Made by a program: the position numbers and the translations under genes
Part shown: piece after piece, positions 1 through 10,227 of the stretch
Numbering within the stretch: position 1 is the stretch's first letter
How the letters are laid out: each line of letters starts with the position of its first letter
Notes under the pieces: generated by a model
What the model was told of the DNA's origin: nothing
Seen by the model: the letters and a program-made list of their open reading frames with translations, nothing else
Database searches by the model: none
Assembly (NCBI GenBank): GCA_963848965.1
Contig: CAWKFG010000004.1
Location: forward strand, 352,001 to 416,000
Source of the DNA: an uncultured bacterium
GTDB taxonomy: Bacteria; Babelota; Babeliae; Babelales; Babelaceae
Direction: 5' to 3'
Length of the DNA: 64,000 nucleotides

Positions 1-741
1 TGTACGTTCTTCAAGAGGAATCAATCGACGGGGCCTTTTAGAAACAAGCTGAATAAGAGAGATACCTTCATCTGTTTCTTGCACTTGCGTTACACTGCCT
101 GGCTTTAGTTCTTTAATATATGCCTTCTCCGGTGCAAAGTCACTATCCTGCAATGTCACAGGTGGTGACCATTGAGTCATAGTATCAATAGTACCAGCTT
201 CTAATGCTTGTTCTATTAAAGCCTTTTTAATAGTACGAGAACTTCCTTTAAAAGGTACGAACCCCTGTGTTATAGTATAACCAGCTTCTTCATATACTGG
301 ATGCTCTTTATAATATTTTTCTATCTCCTCTGTTCCTACATACGCTTTATTTCTCACCTTATGATCTTTAATCTGCTCTGCCATCTGCATATTTCTTAAT
401 TGATTGCGCGCTTCTTCATATGAGTAGCCCATACTTTTAAAAAGCTCTTTTGTCTGCTCACGTGTTAACTTATGCTGCTCTTCTACCTTTGCTAAGTAGC
501 GGTCAATTTCTCCTTCAGATACCGTAACTTTCATTCTTTTAGCATCAGCAAGCATAAGGCGCTCAAGCACAGCTCCTTCAAGTGTCTTTGGAGCTCCATC
601 AAGACCTGGACGCAAATCAGATTGCAATATCAAACTTGTTTCTTCTGTCGTATAAACAAGCGCAAGCACTTTATCTACTGTATAACACAGTACTGTGCAT
701 GGTAGTACAATAAAGCTCCCTATAAGCAGATATACTTTCAT
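1..741 (-). CDS. SurA N-terminal-domain periplasmic chaperone/foldase (3' end runs off the window)
   Basis: Not in the ORF track. Manual translation from ATG at 741: MKVYLLIGSFIVLPCTVLCYTVDKVLALVY...ILQSDL...VLERLMLADAKRMKVTVSEGEIDRYL, matching the SurA_N pattern; lies downstream of a PrsA-like gene. Confidence 0.75.
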   Translation of the reverse strand, partial: MKVYLLIGSFIVLPCTVLCYTVDKVLALVYTTEETSLILQSDLRPGLDGAPKTLEGAVLERLMLADAKRMKVTVSEGEIDRYLAKVEEQHKLTREQTKELFKSMGYSYEEARNQLRNMQMAEQIKDHKVRNKAYVGTEEIEKYYKEHPVYEEAGYTITQGFVPFKGSSRTIKKALIEQALEAGTIDTMTQWSPPVTLQDSDFAPEKAYIKELKPGSVTQVQETDEGISLIQLVSKRPRRLIPLEERT

Positions 742-763
742 AAACACCCCTTTATATTGTATG

Positions 764-795
764 AAAAAGGGGATTACATATGTAATCCCCTTTTT
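764..795. terminator. Perfect 32-bp palindrome, intrinsic terminator-like
   Basis: aaaaaggggattacat|atgtaatccccttttt, just after the stop of 807..1889 (-). Confidence 0.75.
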
Positions 796-806
796 GTTGT
801 GCTTCG

Positions 807-1889
807 TTACGCAGCAGCTGCAGGAGCTGGTTGTGGAGTAGCAGGAACTGCTTGTTCTTCACCATCACCTGGTTGTTGCTGTTCTTGCAATGCTTTTAAT
901 TTAGCTTGCATTTCAGCTTGGCGTTTTTCTTGCTCTTTAGCAAAGAATTCTTTGTTTTCTACTGCGCCAAATTCTTTCTTAAGCTCTTCAACACGAGTAT
1001 TCAACTTATCTGCAAACTCAATTTGAGTTTTGGCTTGTTGAACTCCTTCTTTTACTTCAGCAAACGGAGCATATTTAGCTTCTTGCTCTTGACCTGCTTT
1101 AAGAACAAATGTTTGCTTCTTATCTGTTGTTGTTACCACTGCAGTATCACCCGGTTTCATATCACGAGCTTTAGATTTTACAGCAAAATCAACATTACGT
1201 GACTGAGCAGAAACGACACCAAGATCTTTAACATCTTTTTTCGCTGCTTTCGCTGCTGCTGCAATGTCTCTTCCTGCTTTTGCTAAGAAATCTTTAGCTT
1301 GTTTTTCGTCGCTAAATTGTACTGCTTGCAGTTTGATACCTTTAGGAGCTGCTAAGAATGGCTCTCTTTGGAAGAAGCTATTCTTATCTTTGTTTTCATT
1401 ATAGAATTTCTCTAGTGCAGCATCACTAGTATCAACATTCTTTAAAACATCCTCTTGGAATGCTTGTAAAGCAACCATACGTTGTGCAAGTTCTACTTGT
1501 TTCTTAAGTTTCTTTTGATATTCAGCATCTTTATCTTTTCCAGTTGCACTGATCCACTCTTGTACAAGTTTCTCAGTTACTGCATGCTCAAAGACTTTAG
1601 TACGAGCGTCTGGTACAAATGGAAGCATAGCCTCTGCTTGTGGATCATTCTTTAAAAGATCTTGCCAATATTCTTCAAAAGAAGCTTGTGTAATAACAGG
1701 CTTATTTCTCAAAGTAAGAAGAGTTTCTCCGGGTGCTGCAGCTTGAGTACCATAAGTACTTTCTTTTGCTGGCTCACATCCTGGGCAACTTACTTTGCTT
1801 TTAAACCAATCACACGCTGAAAGTAATGCTAACGTAGAAAGCAAAAGTGCTACGTTCACTACTGGACGAAGAGAAGAATAATTTTTCAT
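807..1889 (-). CDS. PrsA/PpiC-type foldase lipoprotein (degenerate parvulin domain)
   Basis: Lipobox LSAC; SurA_N-like helices; LEKFYNENKD; KDLGVV; PFAEVKEGV. Confidence 0.7.
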   Translation of the reverse strand: MKNYSSLRPVVNVALLLSTLALLSACDWFKSKVSCPGCEPAKESTYGTQAAAPGETLLTLRNKPVITQASFEEYWQDLLKNDPQAEAMLPFVPDARTKVFEHAVTEKLVQEWISATGKDKDAEYQKKLKKQVELAQRMVALQAFQEDVLKNVDTSDAALEKFYNENKDKNSFFQREPFLAAPKGIKLQAVQFSDEKQAKDFLAKAGRDIAAAAKAAKKDVKDLGVVSAQSRNVDFAVKSKARDMKPGDTAVVTTTDKKQTFVLKAGQEQEAKYAPFAEVKEGVQQAKTQIEFADKLNTRVEELKKEFGAVENKEFFAKEQEKRQAEMQAKLKALQEQQQPGDGEEQAVPATPQPAPAAAA

Positions 1890-1981
1890 AAAGTATCCCT
1901 TTAGTTAAAGAAATAATACGGTAAATTGTGTCCTATTGAATTTGAATATTACCATAGAAGAGAGCAACTTGCAAAAAATCC

Positions 1982-2623
1982 TTACATTACCCGGCACGCA
2001 ACAAATGCCAGAATTCTTTCTGGTTGTTGCTTGGCAAGCTCTTGTGCGACTGCTTGCAATGTAGCCCCTGTAGTCATAAGATCGTCTACTAAAATAAGTG
2101 TTTTTCCTTTACAACTTTCTTTTCCTTTATATAAAAATGAATCTGTTACATTTTGTTTGCGTTCTTGCGGTGACAGCTCTGACTGAAATCGTGTATGCCT
2201 TTTTCGTATAAGACCCTTAAGGACTTTTTTCCTACTTAAGGAACTTAGCTGACGTGCCATCACCTCTGTTTGATTATACCCTCTTATGGCATATCTTGTC
2301 CAATGCAAAGGAATAGGAACTATATAATCAAAAGAAATAGTATGCAACAAAGAACGTTGCCATATAAGATGAGCCAGCGCACAACTTGCTCTATAATCCG
2401 ATCTTTTCTTTGCAAGTACAAGTGGCTTTATCGGATCTTTATAAGAAGATAGAGCATGTACAATTACAGAATCTCCTGAAACTAGAGATAAGGTATAAGA
2501 AGGAACCAGTTCTATAAGATTTGTACAGGTATCACACAAAAATGCTTCTGGCTCTATAAAATTTCTGCAATATAAACAATATGATGGCAAGAAAAAGTTT
2601 CTTATATAGCTTAAGTATCTCAT
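1982..2623 (-). CDS. comF: ComF family phosphoribosyltransferase-like protein
   Basis: CxxC...CxxC zinc ribbon, VPIPLH, RGYNQT, LVDDLMTTGATL. Confidence 0.9.
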   Translation of the reverse strand: MRYLSYIRNFFLPSYCLYCRNFIEPEAFLCDTCTNLIELVPSYTLSLVSGDSVIVHALSSYKDPIKPLVLAKKRSDYRASCALAHLIWQRSLLHTISFDYIVPIPLHWTRYAIRGYNQTEVMARQLSSLSRKKVLKGLIRKRHTRFQSELSPQERKQNVTDSFLYKGKESCKGKTLILVDDLMTTGATLQAVAQELAKQQPERILAFVACRVM

Positions 2624-3060
2624 ATCACACGCATAAGTATATTAGCAAAGAGAGCTGCTACTATATCATCAAGCAAGATTCCCCAACTTCCTTTACATAC
2701 TCTTTCTATATACCAAATACCACCAATCTTTGTAATATCAAAAAAACGGAATAGAAGAAAGCAGAGAATAGTTGAATGTATAGTTAATGAAAGACCATAA
2801 AAAGCAACTGTACAGCCAATTACCTCATCAATAATAATTTCTCGTGGATCGCACGAAGAAAAGTAGTGTAATGTTTTTTTAATAATAAAAAAACCTGCCA
2901 CTACAAAGAGTCCGATACACCATGCTTGAGTTTTTACATCTAAAAAGTAATGCATCAAGCCTACAAGTACTAAACCTACTAGAGATCCACACGTTCCTGA
3001 TGCAGGAAAATAGCCTAACGGACCTACTGTTGCCACTGAAAGTAATTGCTTATTCTTCAT
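2620..3060 (-). CDS. pgpA: Phosphatidylglycerophosphatase A
   Basis: PASGTCGS, DPREIIIDEVIG, LFRFFDITK, GILLDDIVAA. Confidence 0.92.
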   Translation of the reverse strand: MKNKQLLSVATVGPLGYFPASGTCGSLVGLVLVGLMHYFLDVKTQAWCIGLFVVAGFFIIKKTLHYFSSCDPREIIIDEVIGCTVAFYGLSLTIHSTILCFLLFRFFDITKIGGIWYIERVCKGSWGILLDDIVAALFANILMRVI

Positions 3061-3091
3061 ATAAACTCCAGTAAGCGCGAATGAGCGCTCG

Positions 3092-3553
3092 TCAGACTTT
3101 ACGTTCTTTAGGGCGTGGTAATTGACTAAGCTGCTTAAAAAATAAAAGCGCTATACCTAAAACAACAGCACTATCTGCTATATTAAAGACAGGAAAATAC
3201 CAATCATTATACCGTACACCAATAAAATCTATAACGCCGCCATACCAGAATCTATCAATAATATTAGAAAGTGATCCTGCAAGTACAAGAAGTTCACCAA
3301 AAATAGGTACTCCACTTTTGAATTGCTGATACGTATACCACGCAAACCAGAGGGTAACTGCAAGCACGAGCGTTGTTACGAAAAAGAAGATACTCTTGTG
3401 AGAGTAATTCAATATACCCCACGAAATACCTTTGTTAAAAACAAGCTGAAAATACATATATTTATTTAAAGCAAAGCCTGGTAAAAAGTTGTGTAGCGCA
3501 TAAAGCTTTGTACTTCTATCTAAAAAGAGCACTATAAGAGGTATAAGTACCAT
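3092..3553 (-). CDS. lspA: Lipoprotein signal peptidase II
   Basis: LDRSTK, NKGISWG, GSLSNIIDR, GVIDFI, FPVFNIADSAV. Start placed at ATG 3553, just after the pheT stop. Confidence 0.93.
   Translation of the reverse strand: MVLIPLIVLFLDRSTKLYALHNFLPGFALNKYMYFQLVFNKGISWGILNYSHKSIFFFVTTLVLAVTLWFAWYTYQQFKSGVPIFGELLVLAGSLSNIIDRFWYGGVIDFIGVRYNDWYFPVFNIADSAVVLGIALLFFKQLSQLPRPKERKV
3109..3128 (-). repeat. Copy 1 of an exact 20-bp repeat (minus strand TAGTCAATTACCACGCCCTA), possible IS200/IS605-family end remnant
   Basis: tagggcgtggtaattgacta is identical to 12471..12490. Confidence 0.75.
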
Positions 3554-3561
3554 AGAGGCGC

Positions 3562-5904
3562 TTATCTGACTGTTCCTTGTGAGCTTATGTTTTTCACTAC
3601 AGCATTCCATACAGCATCAATCTCATCTTTCGTTAATGTTTTCTTCTCGTCATACACTATAAAACGGCAGGTAACAGATTTTTGGTCTTTCCATTCCGGT
3701 TTTTGATAAAAATCTAGTAACCGGACAGCTTTAATGCGCGGATCTGCCTTTTTAATAAGATCTTCTAGCTCTTTTACTGACACTTTAAGAGGTACCAGTA
3801 TACTAATATCAAGATGCACTTCCGGATATTTTTCAAGAGGCTTAAACTCTAGCAATGGTGATTCAACATTCAACAAGAAGTTACCATCAAGCTCAAAAAT
3901 AAATGCATCTCCTTCAAGTATTCTTTGTAAAAACTGCTGTGCTACCTTGCCTGCTCTACCTACAATTCTTCCTTGGTAGAAAAGCTCTGCAGTTTGATGC
4001 TCATTATACCAAGGATCAAGCTTCTGGGTAGGCTTTTGCCATACGACCTTTATTTTCAAAAGATCAAAGAGCGAAGAGAGCAATACTTTACACTCGTAAA
4101 AATCTACCGGTTTTTTATGTTCAAATAGTATTCCTGAGCATTCTTGAAGTTCTACAGGCTCTGCTTGATAAAACCATATTCTGTTAAATTCAAAAAAGCG
4201 CATTACTTCTGCTTTAGCCTGATTACTATACACACATTTAAGTATATTAGGAACAAGTGAAGTTATCAACCGCTGCCAATGTTCAGAAAGAGGATTAGCT
4301 ACACGCAATGCATCTTCAGGTTCATAGCGCAACAAACGCAAAAACTCTTCATCAAAAAAAGCATATGTCTGTGCTTCTTGCATCGAGAGCGCAAATGCTA
4401 AGTGCTTCTTTATAGCGCGTAATCGGTGTACCCACTGTGTATTGAAAGGAGCCATAACGCGCGTAGGCAAATGAGGAATAATAGTATCATATCCTACAAA
4501 ACGAGCTACCTCTTCGATAATATCCTCTGCAATGGTAACATCTTTCGTTCCTCGAAATGTAGGGACCGTCACTGCATACAAAAATGGCTCTTTTTGTTCA
4601 TCAATTTTTACTCCAAAACCTAAAGACGTAAGAGTGCGCTCAACGGTATCTGATGGTATATGCATACCTATCTTTTTATCAATAAGTTCTTGGCTTACTA
4701 TAATAATTTTTTCTTCACTTAATGGCCCAATTGAAGCAATAGCATCGCACGCAGTGTACCTTACATTCATTTCTTCTAAGACCTTTAAATATCTTAAAAT
4801 AGCTTGCGTATTTTGGTTAGGATCTAAACTTTTTTCAAAGCGAGCAGAAGATTCAGTTCGTTTTTTTATACGAGTAGAACTTTTTCTAATGATAATAGGA
4901 TCAAAATTAGCACTCTCTACATATAAAGCATGAGTATCTTTACTTATAGCAGTTTCTTTGCCTCCCATAATACCAGCAAGTGAAAGCGGTTTTACTCCAT
5001 CTGTAATAACATAATCGGTTGCTGTAAGTGTTATCTTTTCACCATCTAAAAGTTCAACTGTTTCTTCTTGCTTAGCACAGCGGCTCATAATAGTACGCGT
5101 TTTGATAGTACCTGCATCAAATGCATGCAATGGTTGACCAAGATCAAACATGACATAATTTGTAGGATCAACGAGTGCATTAATAGGCCGCGCATCTACC
5201 CGCACAAGCCGCAAGGCAACGTGCAGTGATGATGCTCTATTTTCAACTTTAGGAATATAAAGACCTGCAAGCCGCTTACATGCATGAGCACACATTCCAG
5301 TCTCCTGAGCAATTTCTAAAGTAAACGGATTGGTAGCAGAAACAGGTGCAACTCGCGCATAGTGCTTAATAGGTTTAGAGACTAAAAACATCTCTTCCGG
5401 CACTAAAGGTTTATGTAATATAGCCGCTATTTCACGCGCTATTCCTCTATGGCCCCAGAGATCTGGTCGATGCGTAAGCGATTTATTATCAATGACAAGG
5501 ATAAAATCTTCTTTTTCAAGTTTTTCTTTCCAAGCGCCTTTAAGCTCCTCTTCAGGACACCATACACTAGACATTAATCCATCTTTTGAAGAACCAAGAT
5601 CTATCATAGTTGCCCATCGATATGCTCTTCCTTCTTTCTTAAGAAGATATAAGGCACCTTCTTCAACCTCTTTACGTTCAGGCAGCTTAATACTTTTTTT
5701 AAGCTCTGCACTTTCAGCAGTAACACCGTGCTCAGTAACTTTTGTAATACGAGCAAGCGTAAAGTGTGCAGGATCTAGCGTAACGGGTACGACTTCTTCA
5801 ATTTCAGCAGTAGTTGCATCGAACTTCTCTATAAGACGCTCAATATCAACATCCTTAAAACTTAGTTTAAGATGATCAAATATCCAAGCAAGTGATAGTC
5901 TCAT
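3562..5904 (-). CDS. pheT: Phenylalanine--tRNA ligase beta subunit
   Basis: MRLSLAWI start, THRPDLWGHRGIARE, GQPLHAFD, SARFEK, EDIIEEVARFVGY, FDX-ACB C-terminus. Confidence 0.96.
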   Translation of the reverse strand: MRLSLAWIFDHLKLSFKDVDIERLIEKFDATTAEIEEVVPVTLDPAHFTLARITKVTEHGVTAESAELKKSIKLPERKEVEEGALYLLKKEGRAYRWATMIDLGSSKDGLMSSVWCPEEELKGAWKEKLEKEDFILVIDNKSLTHRPDLWGHRGIAREIAAILHKPLVPEEMFLVSKPIKHYARVAPVSATNPFTLEIAQETGMCAHACKRLAGLYIPKVENRASSLHVALRLVRVDARPINALVDPTNYVMFDLGQPLHAFDAGTIKTRTIMSRCAKQEETVELLDGEKITLTATDYVITDGVKPLSLAGIMGGKETAISKDTHALYVESANFDPIIIRKSSTRIKKRTESSARFEKSLDPNQNTQAILRYLKVLEEMNVRYTACDAIASIGPLSEEKIIIVSQELIDKKIGMHIPSDTVERTLTSLGFGVKIDEQKEPFLYAVTVPTFRGTKDVTIAEDIIEEVARFVGYDTIIPHLPTRVMAPFNTQWVHRLRAIKKHLAFALSMQEAQTYAFFDEEFLRLLRYEPEDALRVANPLSEHWQRLITSLVPNILKCVYSNQAKAEVMRFFEFNRIWFYQAEPVELQECSGILFEHKKPVDFYECKVLLSSLFDLLKIKVVWQKPTQKLDPWYNEHQTAELFYQGRIVGRAGKVAQQFLQRILEGDAFIFELDGNFLLNVESPLLEFKPLEKYPEVHLDISILVPLKVSVKELEDLIKKADPRIKAVRLLDFYQKPEWKDQKSVTCRFIVYDEKKTLTKDEIDAVWNAVVKNISSQGTVR

Positions 5905-6126
5905 AGTATACCTTGAAAAAAACAGAATTTTTTCTATAAGCATAAGCAAAAATAGTACTTTGAGCAACCTAAAAGTGATACATCACTCATTTTTGATTAC
6001 TTATGACGAATTCTGTACAGACTGCTTTCAATTTTTTATAGGTGATTTTCCAGCTACTTAAAGCAATAAGCATTTTTGTACCGATAGATCAAGACTACCG
6101 GTACTATCTTTATGTTGCTAATCACC

Positions 6127-9100
6127 TTATTTTTTACAGGCATCCTTATGACGTGTCCACTGTTTAATTTGGCACTCTATTGAACAATAGTATACTTTTT
6201 GACAATAGGTACATGGATAAAGTGTTTTATCTTTTGCTTTACACGATTGACATATATGCTCGTAGACAGTTACGTGTTTCTTTTGCTGTGCCTGAAACAT
6301 ATGCGCTATGATATCTTTGTAGTTTTTTCTTACCGCTATCTTTAAAGCAGTATCACCATTAAAGTCTTCAAACTTAACATCAGCACCAGCAGCAATAAGC
6401 ATTAACGCAATATCCTTATATCCTTTGTAGAGCGCTTTCATTAAAGCTGTTTCGCCGCAGGCATTTTGGATGTTAACATGCGCACCAAGTAATAAAAGAA
6501 GGTTCACCATATTTTTATCCCCTCTTTCTACAGCATGTATTAAAGGAGCATTACCTTCATTGTCTTGCATATCACCTTGAGCACCATGAGCTAAAAGCAG
6601 TTTTACTGCTTCACAATTACCCTTAGATGCTGCCAAGTTTAAAGGTGTAAGTCCATGTACATCGCACACATTAACTTGAGCACCTTTTTCTAGCAATAAT
6701 TTTACTATCTCATGATAGCCTCTCTGTACTGCTTTTATCAAAGGCGTTTGTTCATATCCATTGCGAACGTTAATCTGCGCTCCTGATTCTAAGAAGTGGA
6801 TTACGCGCTGTCTATCATTTCTATGTACTGCAAGAAAAAGCTCTTCTGCAAGATTTTTTTCCTTTTCTTGACTACCTAGTTTAGCTTGAATGAATTCTAT
6901 TATTTCTTCTTTGTTATCACCATCTGCAAGATCTAGGGCAGTTTTATTTTGGTTATTCTTGATAGTAACATCAGCACCATACTTATTAATAAGCATCACA
7001 ACCAACATTATATTTCCTTGTAATGCAGCATAATGTAAAGCAGTATTACCACTACCATCTTGCTTATTAACAGGTTCACCTTGAGCTACAAGTAGTTGAA
7101 TCATAAGAATACATTCTTTTTGTACTGCTCTAATCAAGGCGTTCGGATCTTTAACGGTAATACGTGCGCCATGATTCATAAGAAGCTTTGCTACGTCATT
7201 ATGACCATGAGAAAGAGCAAACTCTACAGCTGTTTCTCCTTGACGTGTAAGTGCATTAACATGAGCACCCGCTTTTATAAGCGCCTCTACCATAGGGATG
7301 TCTCTGTATTCTACTGCTTTAATGAGAGCAGTCTCCCCATGCTGATCTTGCATATCAACAGGTATTCCTGATTTTAGCAACGCAAGTACTTGTTGGATAT
7401 TTCCGGTTTTTGCCGCACTTATAAACTCATTACACAGCTTCTGATATGCTTCCTTATCCTTGTGCCCTTGCTCGAGGAGTGCAATTATGTCGCCATTGTT
7501 CATTCTTTCTGCTCTTTGCAGGGCAGTTACACCATCATTATCTTGCATAGTAACATCTGCTCTTGCGCTTAAAAGCATATTTACTATATCTTTATGGTCC
7601 TGTTCTACCGCTTTCATTAATGCAGTTTCACCACAAGCATTTTGAATGTTAACTTGTACACCATGCCTTATAAGTAACTCTACTATATTTGTATACCCTT
7701 TATCTGCAGCAATGAGTAAAGGGGTATCTCCTTTTGTGTCCTGGTTATTCATGCCAACTTGTTTACCTAAGAGCTGAGTCACTTGGGCCAAGCTTCCATT
7801 GCTTACAGCAGCAAAAAGCTTATTACTTAATTTTGAAGACTTTAGAGCCTTCTGTTGAGCTTCGTCTCTCTTTTTTACATTCTGAAGCATAAGAGCTGCC
7901 AATACCTTATTATTTTCCTGTAGAGCTCTTTGAAAAGCTGTTTTTCCACTAGCATCTTTCATAGTAGTATTAGCAGATGCAGCTATAAGTAACGCTCCTA
8001 TCTCTTTAAAATTTTTACTTGCTGCTTTCATTAAAGCTGTTTCACCATTGGTATTTTGCATATTAACATGTGCACCATGCTCTATAAGCACTTTTACGAG
8101 TTCAGTGTATCCCTTCTCTGCAGCAATAATTAAAGGAGTATTACCCCACTTATCTCGAGCATTGACATGAGCACCTTGACGCAAAAGAAGTGTCGCTATA
8201 TTTTTGTTACCATAAAGCATTGCATCCATCAAAGGAGTAGCCCCTTTTACATCTTTAGCATCAATAACTACATTATACTGCAAAAGCAATTTAACAATAT
8301 CTTCTTTATCACTACGTACAGCCCAATGTAAAACAGTACATTTGCCTTCATCCCTTACTGCAAGCAAGTCTTCTCTCATAACCTCTCTACTTATAGAATC
8401 CTGAGGATAGAAAGCCGGATCTAAAAGTATTTCTACTAAGCTTTTATAACCATTTGCTGCCGCAATCATTAAAGCTGTACAACCAGTACAAAGATCTCTA
8501 TCACAAACATTTGCCTTTCGCTTTAAAATATTTATTACCTGTTCATTAAGACCTTTCTGTGTCGCAAGCAGAAGTAGTGAATATCCATCTTCATTTTTCT
8601 TGTTAATATCGACACCTTCAAAAAAGAGCTGAACCGCAACTTCTACAAACCCCTTATTTAAAGCAAATGCAAATGCTGTCTTACCTGCACTATTTACAAT
8701 AGTCCTATCTGCACCTTTTGATAAAAGTAGGGTCACCGCTTGCTCATTGCCTCGCAATACAGCATGATGTAGAGCAGTATTACCTTGATTATCTTGAGCA
8801 TTAATCTCAGCACCTCTTTCTATAAGAAACTGTAGCACACCGATATTACCTATTTGTGCTGCAAGTATCAAAATAGTAATACCTTGAGCATATTGAATAG
8901 TGATATCAGCATGATTATTTATAAGAAGCATCATACCTTGCTGATTATTAGTTAATAGAGTAATAGCAAGAGCAGTCATTCCTTTCATATCTCGCATATC
9001 AATATGAGCACCCTTATTGAGTAATAGCTGCAACATCCCATTATCTTTTCTTTGTGCAGCAGCTATTAAAGCAGTAGTACCAGCAATAGTTTGCGCATTA

Positions 9101-9531
9101 ATATAACTATCATGAATAAGAATATCTGGCGCTAAAAGCCTACTTACTATATTTTTTTGTCCTGCAGAAACAGCAGCCAACAAAGCATTTTCTCCGCTCT
9201 CATTTTTTCTATAAACATTTGCATCAAAAGATAAAAGGAGGTCTACTACTTCTAGATGGCCATTACGAGCGGCTACTATCAAAGGGGTATCTCCTTTACT
9301 ATCCTGCTCGTTAATGTCAGCCCAGTTTGCAATAAGCGCTTTGACCTGAGATGCATTACCATCTTGAGCTGCTTTGATAAGCTCTCTTCTATGTAAGCGA
9401 GGACGAGACACAGGTCTAGGACTCTTTGAAGAATTTTCCTGTTCCTCTTGCTTGTGCTCTTTTTCCATTGAAAATGAATATGATGTGAATAAAGAAAAGA
9501 AGAAAAGTAAAATATAATAATAGTTCATCAC
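6127..9531 (-). CDS. Secreted large ankyrin-repeat protein with C-terminal MYND zinc finger
   Basis: Signal peptide; more than 20 G-T(P/A)L ankyrin repeats; C-terminal CQSC...CTYCQKVYYCSIECQIKQWTRHKDAC. Confidence 0.93.
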   Translation of the reverse strand: MMNYYYILLFFFSLFTSYSFSMEKEHKQEEQENSSKSPRPVSRPRLHRRELIKAAQDGNASQVKALIANWADINEQDSKGDTPLIVAARNGHLEVVDLLLSFDANVYRKNESGENALLAAVSAGQKNIVSRLLAPDILIHDSYINAQTIAGTTALIAAAQRKDNGMLQLLLNKGAHIDMRDMKGMTALAITLLTNNQQGMMLLINNHADITIQYAQGITILILAAQIGNIGVLQFLIERGAEINAQDNQGNTALHHAVLRGNEQAVTLLLSKGADRTIVNSAGKTAFAFALNKGFVEVAVQLFFEGVDINKKNEDGYSLLLLATQKGLNEQVINILKRKANVCDRDLCTGCTALMIAAANGYKSLVEILLDPAFYPQDSISREVMREDLLAVRDEGKCTVLHWAVRSDKEDIVKLLLQYNVVIDAKDVKGATPLMDAMLYGNKNIATLLLRQGAHVNARDKWGNTPLIIAAEKGYTELVKVLIEHGAHVNMQNTNGETALMKAASKNFKEIGALLIAASANTTMKDASGKTAFQRALQENNKVLAALMLQNVKKRDEAQQKALKSSKLSNKLFAAVSNGSLAQVTQLLGKQVGMNNQDTKGDTPLLIAADKGYTNIVELLIRHGVQVNIQNACGETALMKAVEQDHKDIVNMLLSARADVTMQDNDGVTALQRAERMNNGDIIALLEQGHKDKEAYQKLCNEFISAAKTGNIQQVLALLKSGIPVDMQDQHGETALIKAVEYRDIPMVEALIKAGAHVNALTRQGETAVEFALSHGHNDVAKLLMNHGARITVKDPNALIRAVQKECILMIQLLVAQGEPVNKQDGSGNTALHYAALQGNIMLVVMLINKYGADVTIKNNQNKTALDLADGDNKEEIIEFIQAKLGSQEKEKNLAEELFLAVHRNDRQRVIHFLESGAQINVRNGYEQTPLIKAVQRGYHEIVKLLLEKGAQVNVCDVHGLTPLNLAASKGNCEAVKLLLAHGAQGDMQDNEGNAPLIHAVERGDKNMVNLLLLLGAHVNIQNACGETALMKALYKGYKDIALMLIAAGADVKFEDFNGDTALKIAVRKNYKDIIAHMFQAQQKKHVTVYEHICQSCKAKDKTLYPCTYCQKVYYCSIECQIKQWTRHKDACKK

Positions 9532-9673
9532 AATGGATCCTTAAACAAAATGGTGTATAAATCTTTGTAAACTTTATGTAAGAAAATGTGAGAAAGTGAA
9601 ACTTTAGCCATCGGCAATTAATTACATGTTGAATTATTTTAGCATAAGGATGTAAGTTTAGCAAATATTCTTT

Positions 9674-10135
9674 TTACCCTGCTGTGCTTTCTATAACTTG
9701 TACTGAGCATAAGTTTTTTATAATAAGACTATACTTCTTACGCTCATGTTCTTCTATGTGGAGCAGCTGTATTTGCTTATCATCACAATATAATGTCCAG
9801 TAATAAAGATAGGGTAACCTTAATGAACGATGGTCGTAAAAGTAGGGGATATCACTAAGAGGATTTTCTTTATACTCAAATTGAGCTCGTACTGTCTTAA
9901 TCGGCTCCGTGCTCTGCGTGTTAGTAATGAGATACCCCTTTACAGGTTGATGTTCATATTTTTCTTGTGGTCCAAAAGAGAGTTCAAGGCTAGACACTTT
10001 TTGATAAGCAGGAATAGTTAAAAAAAGACTCTGTGAACTCGAAGAGCCAATTGCTGTAATAGAAAGAGAAAGCTCCTTATCTGTTTGATTCTCTAAGGAT
10101 GTGATAGTAAAAGCTGCTTCATAGTTTTGCTTCAC
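9674..10135 (-). CDS. Hypothetical protein
   Basis: 153-aa ORF with GTG start and GGGAG RBS filling an intergenic gap; no motif recognised. Confidence 0.55.
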   Translation of the reverse strand: MKQNYEAAFTITSLENQTDKELSLSITAIGSSSSQSLFLTIPAYQKVSSLELSFGPQEKYEHQPVKGYLITNTQSTEPIKTVRAQFEYKENPLSDIPYFYDHRSLRLPYLYYWTLYCDDKQIQLLHIEEHERKKYSLIIKNLCSVQVIESTAG

Positions 10136-10227
10136 ACTCTCTCCCTATTAACTTGTAAGCATTTTGACAATCAAAAATATAAGAGTTTTTTCTAGCAATG
10201 CAAAGTTCTCTCATACTTTCTAGAAAG

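Noticed and set aside
3554..3610. Extended LspA start overlapping pheT (likewise pheT extended to 5967)
   Set aside because: Family similarity begins at the downstream ATGs (3553 and 5904).
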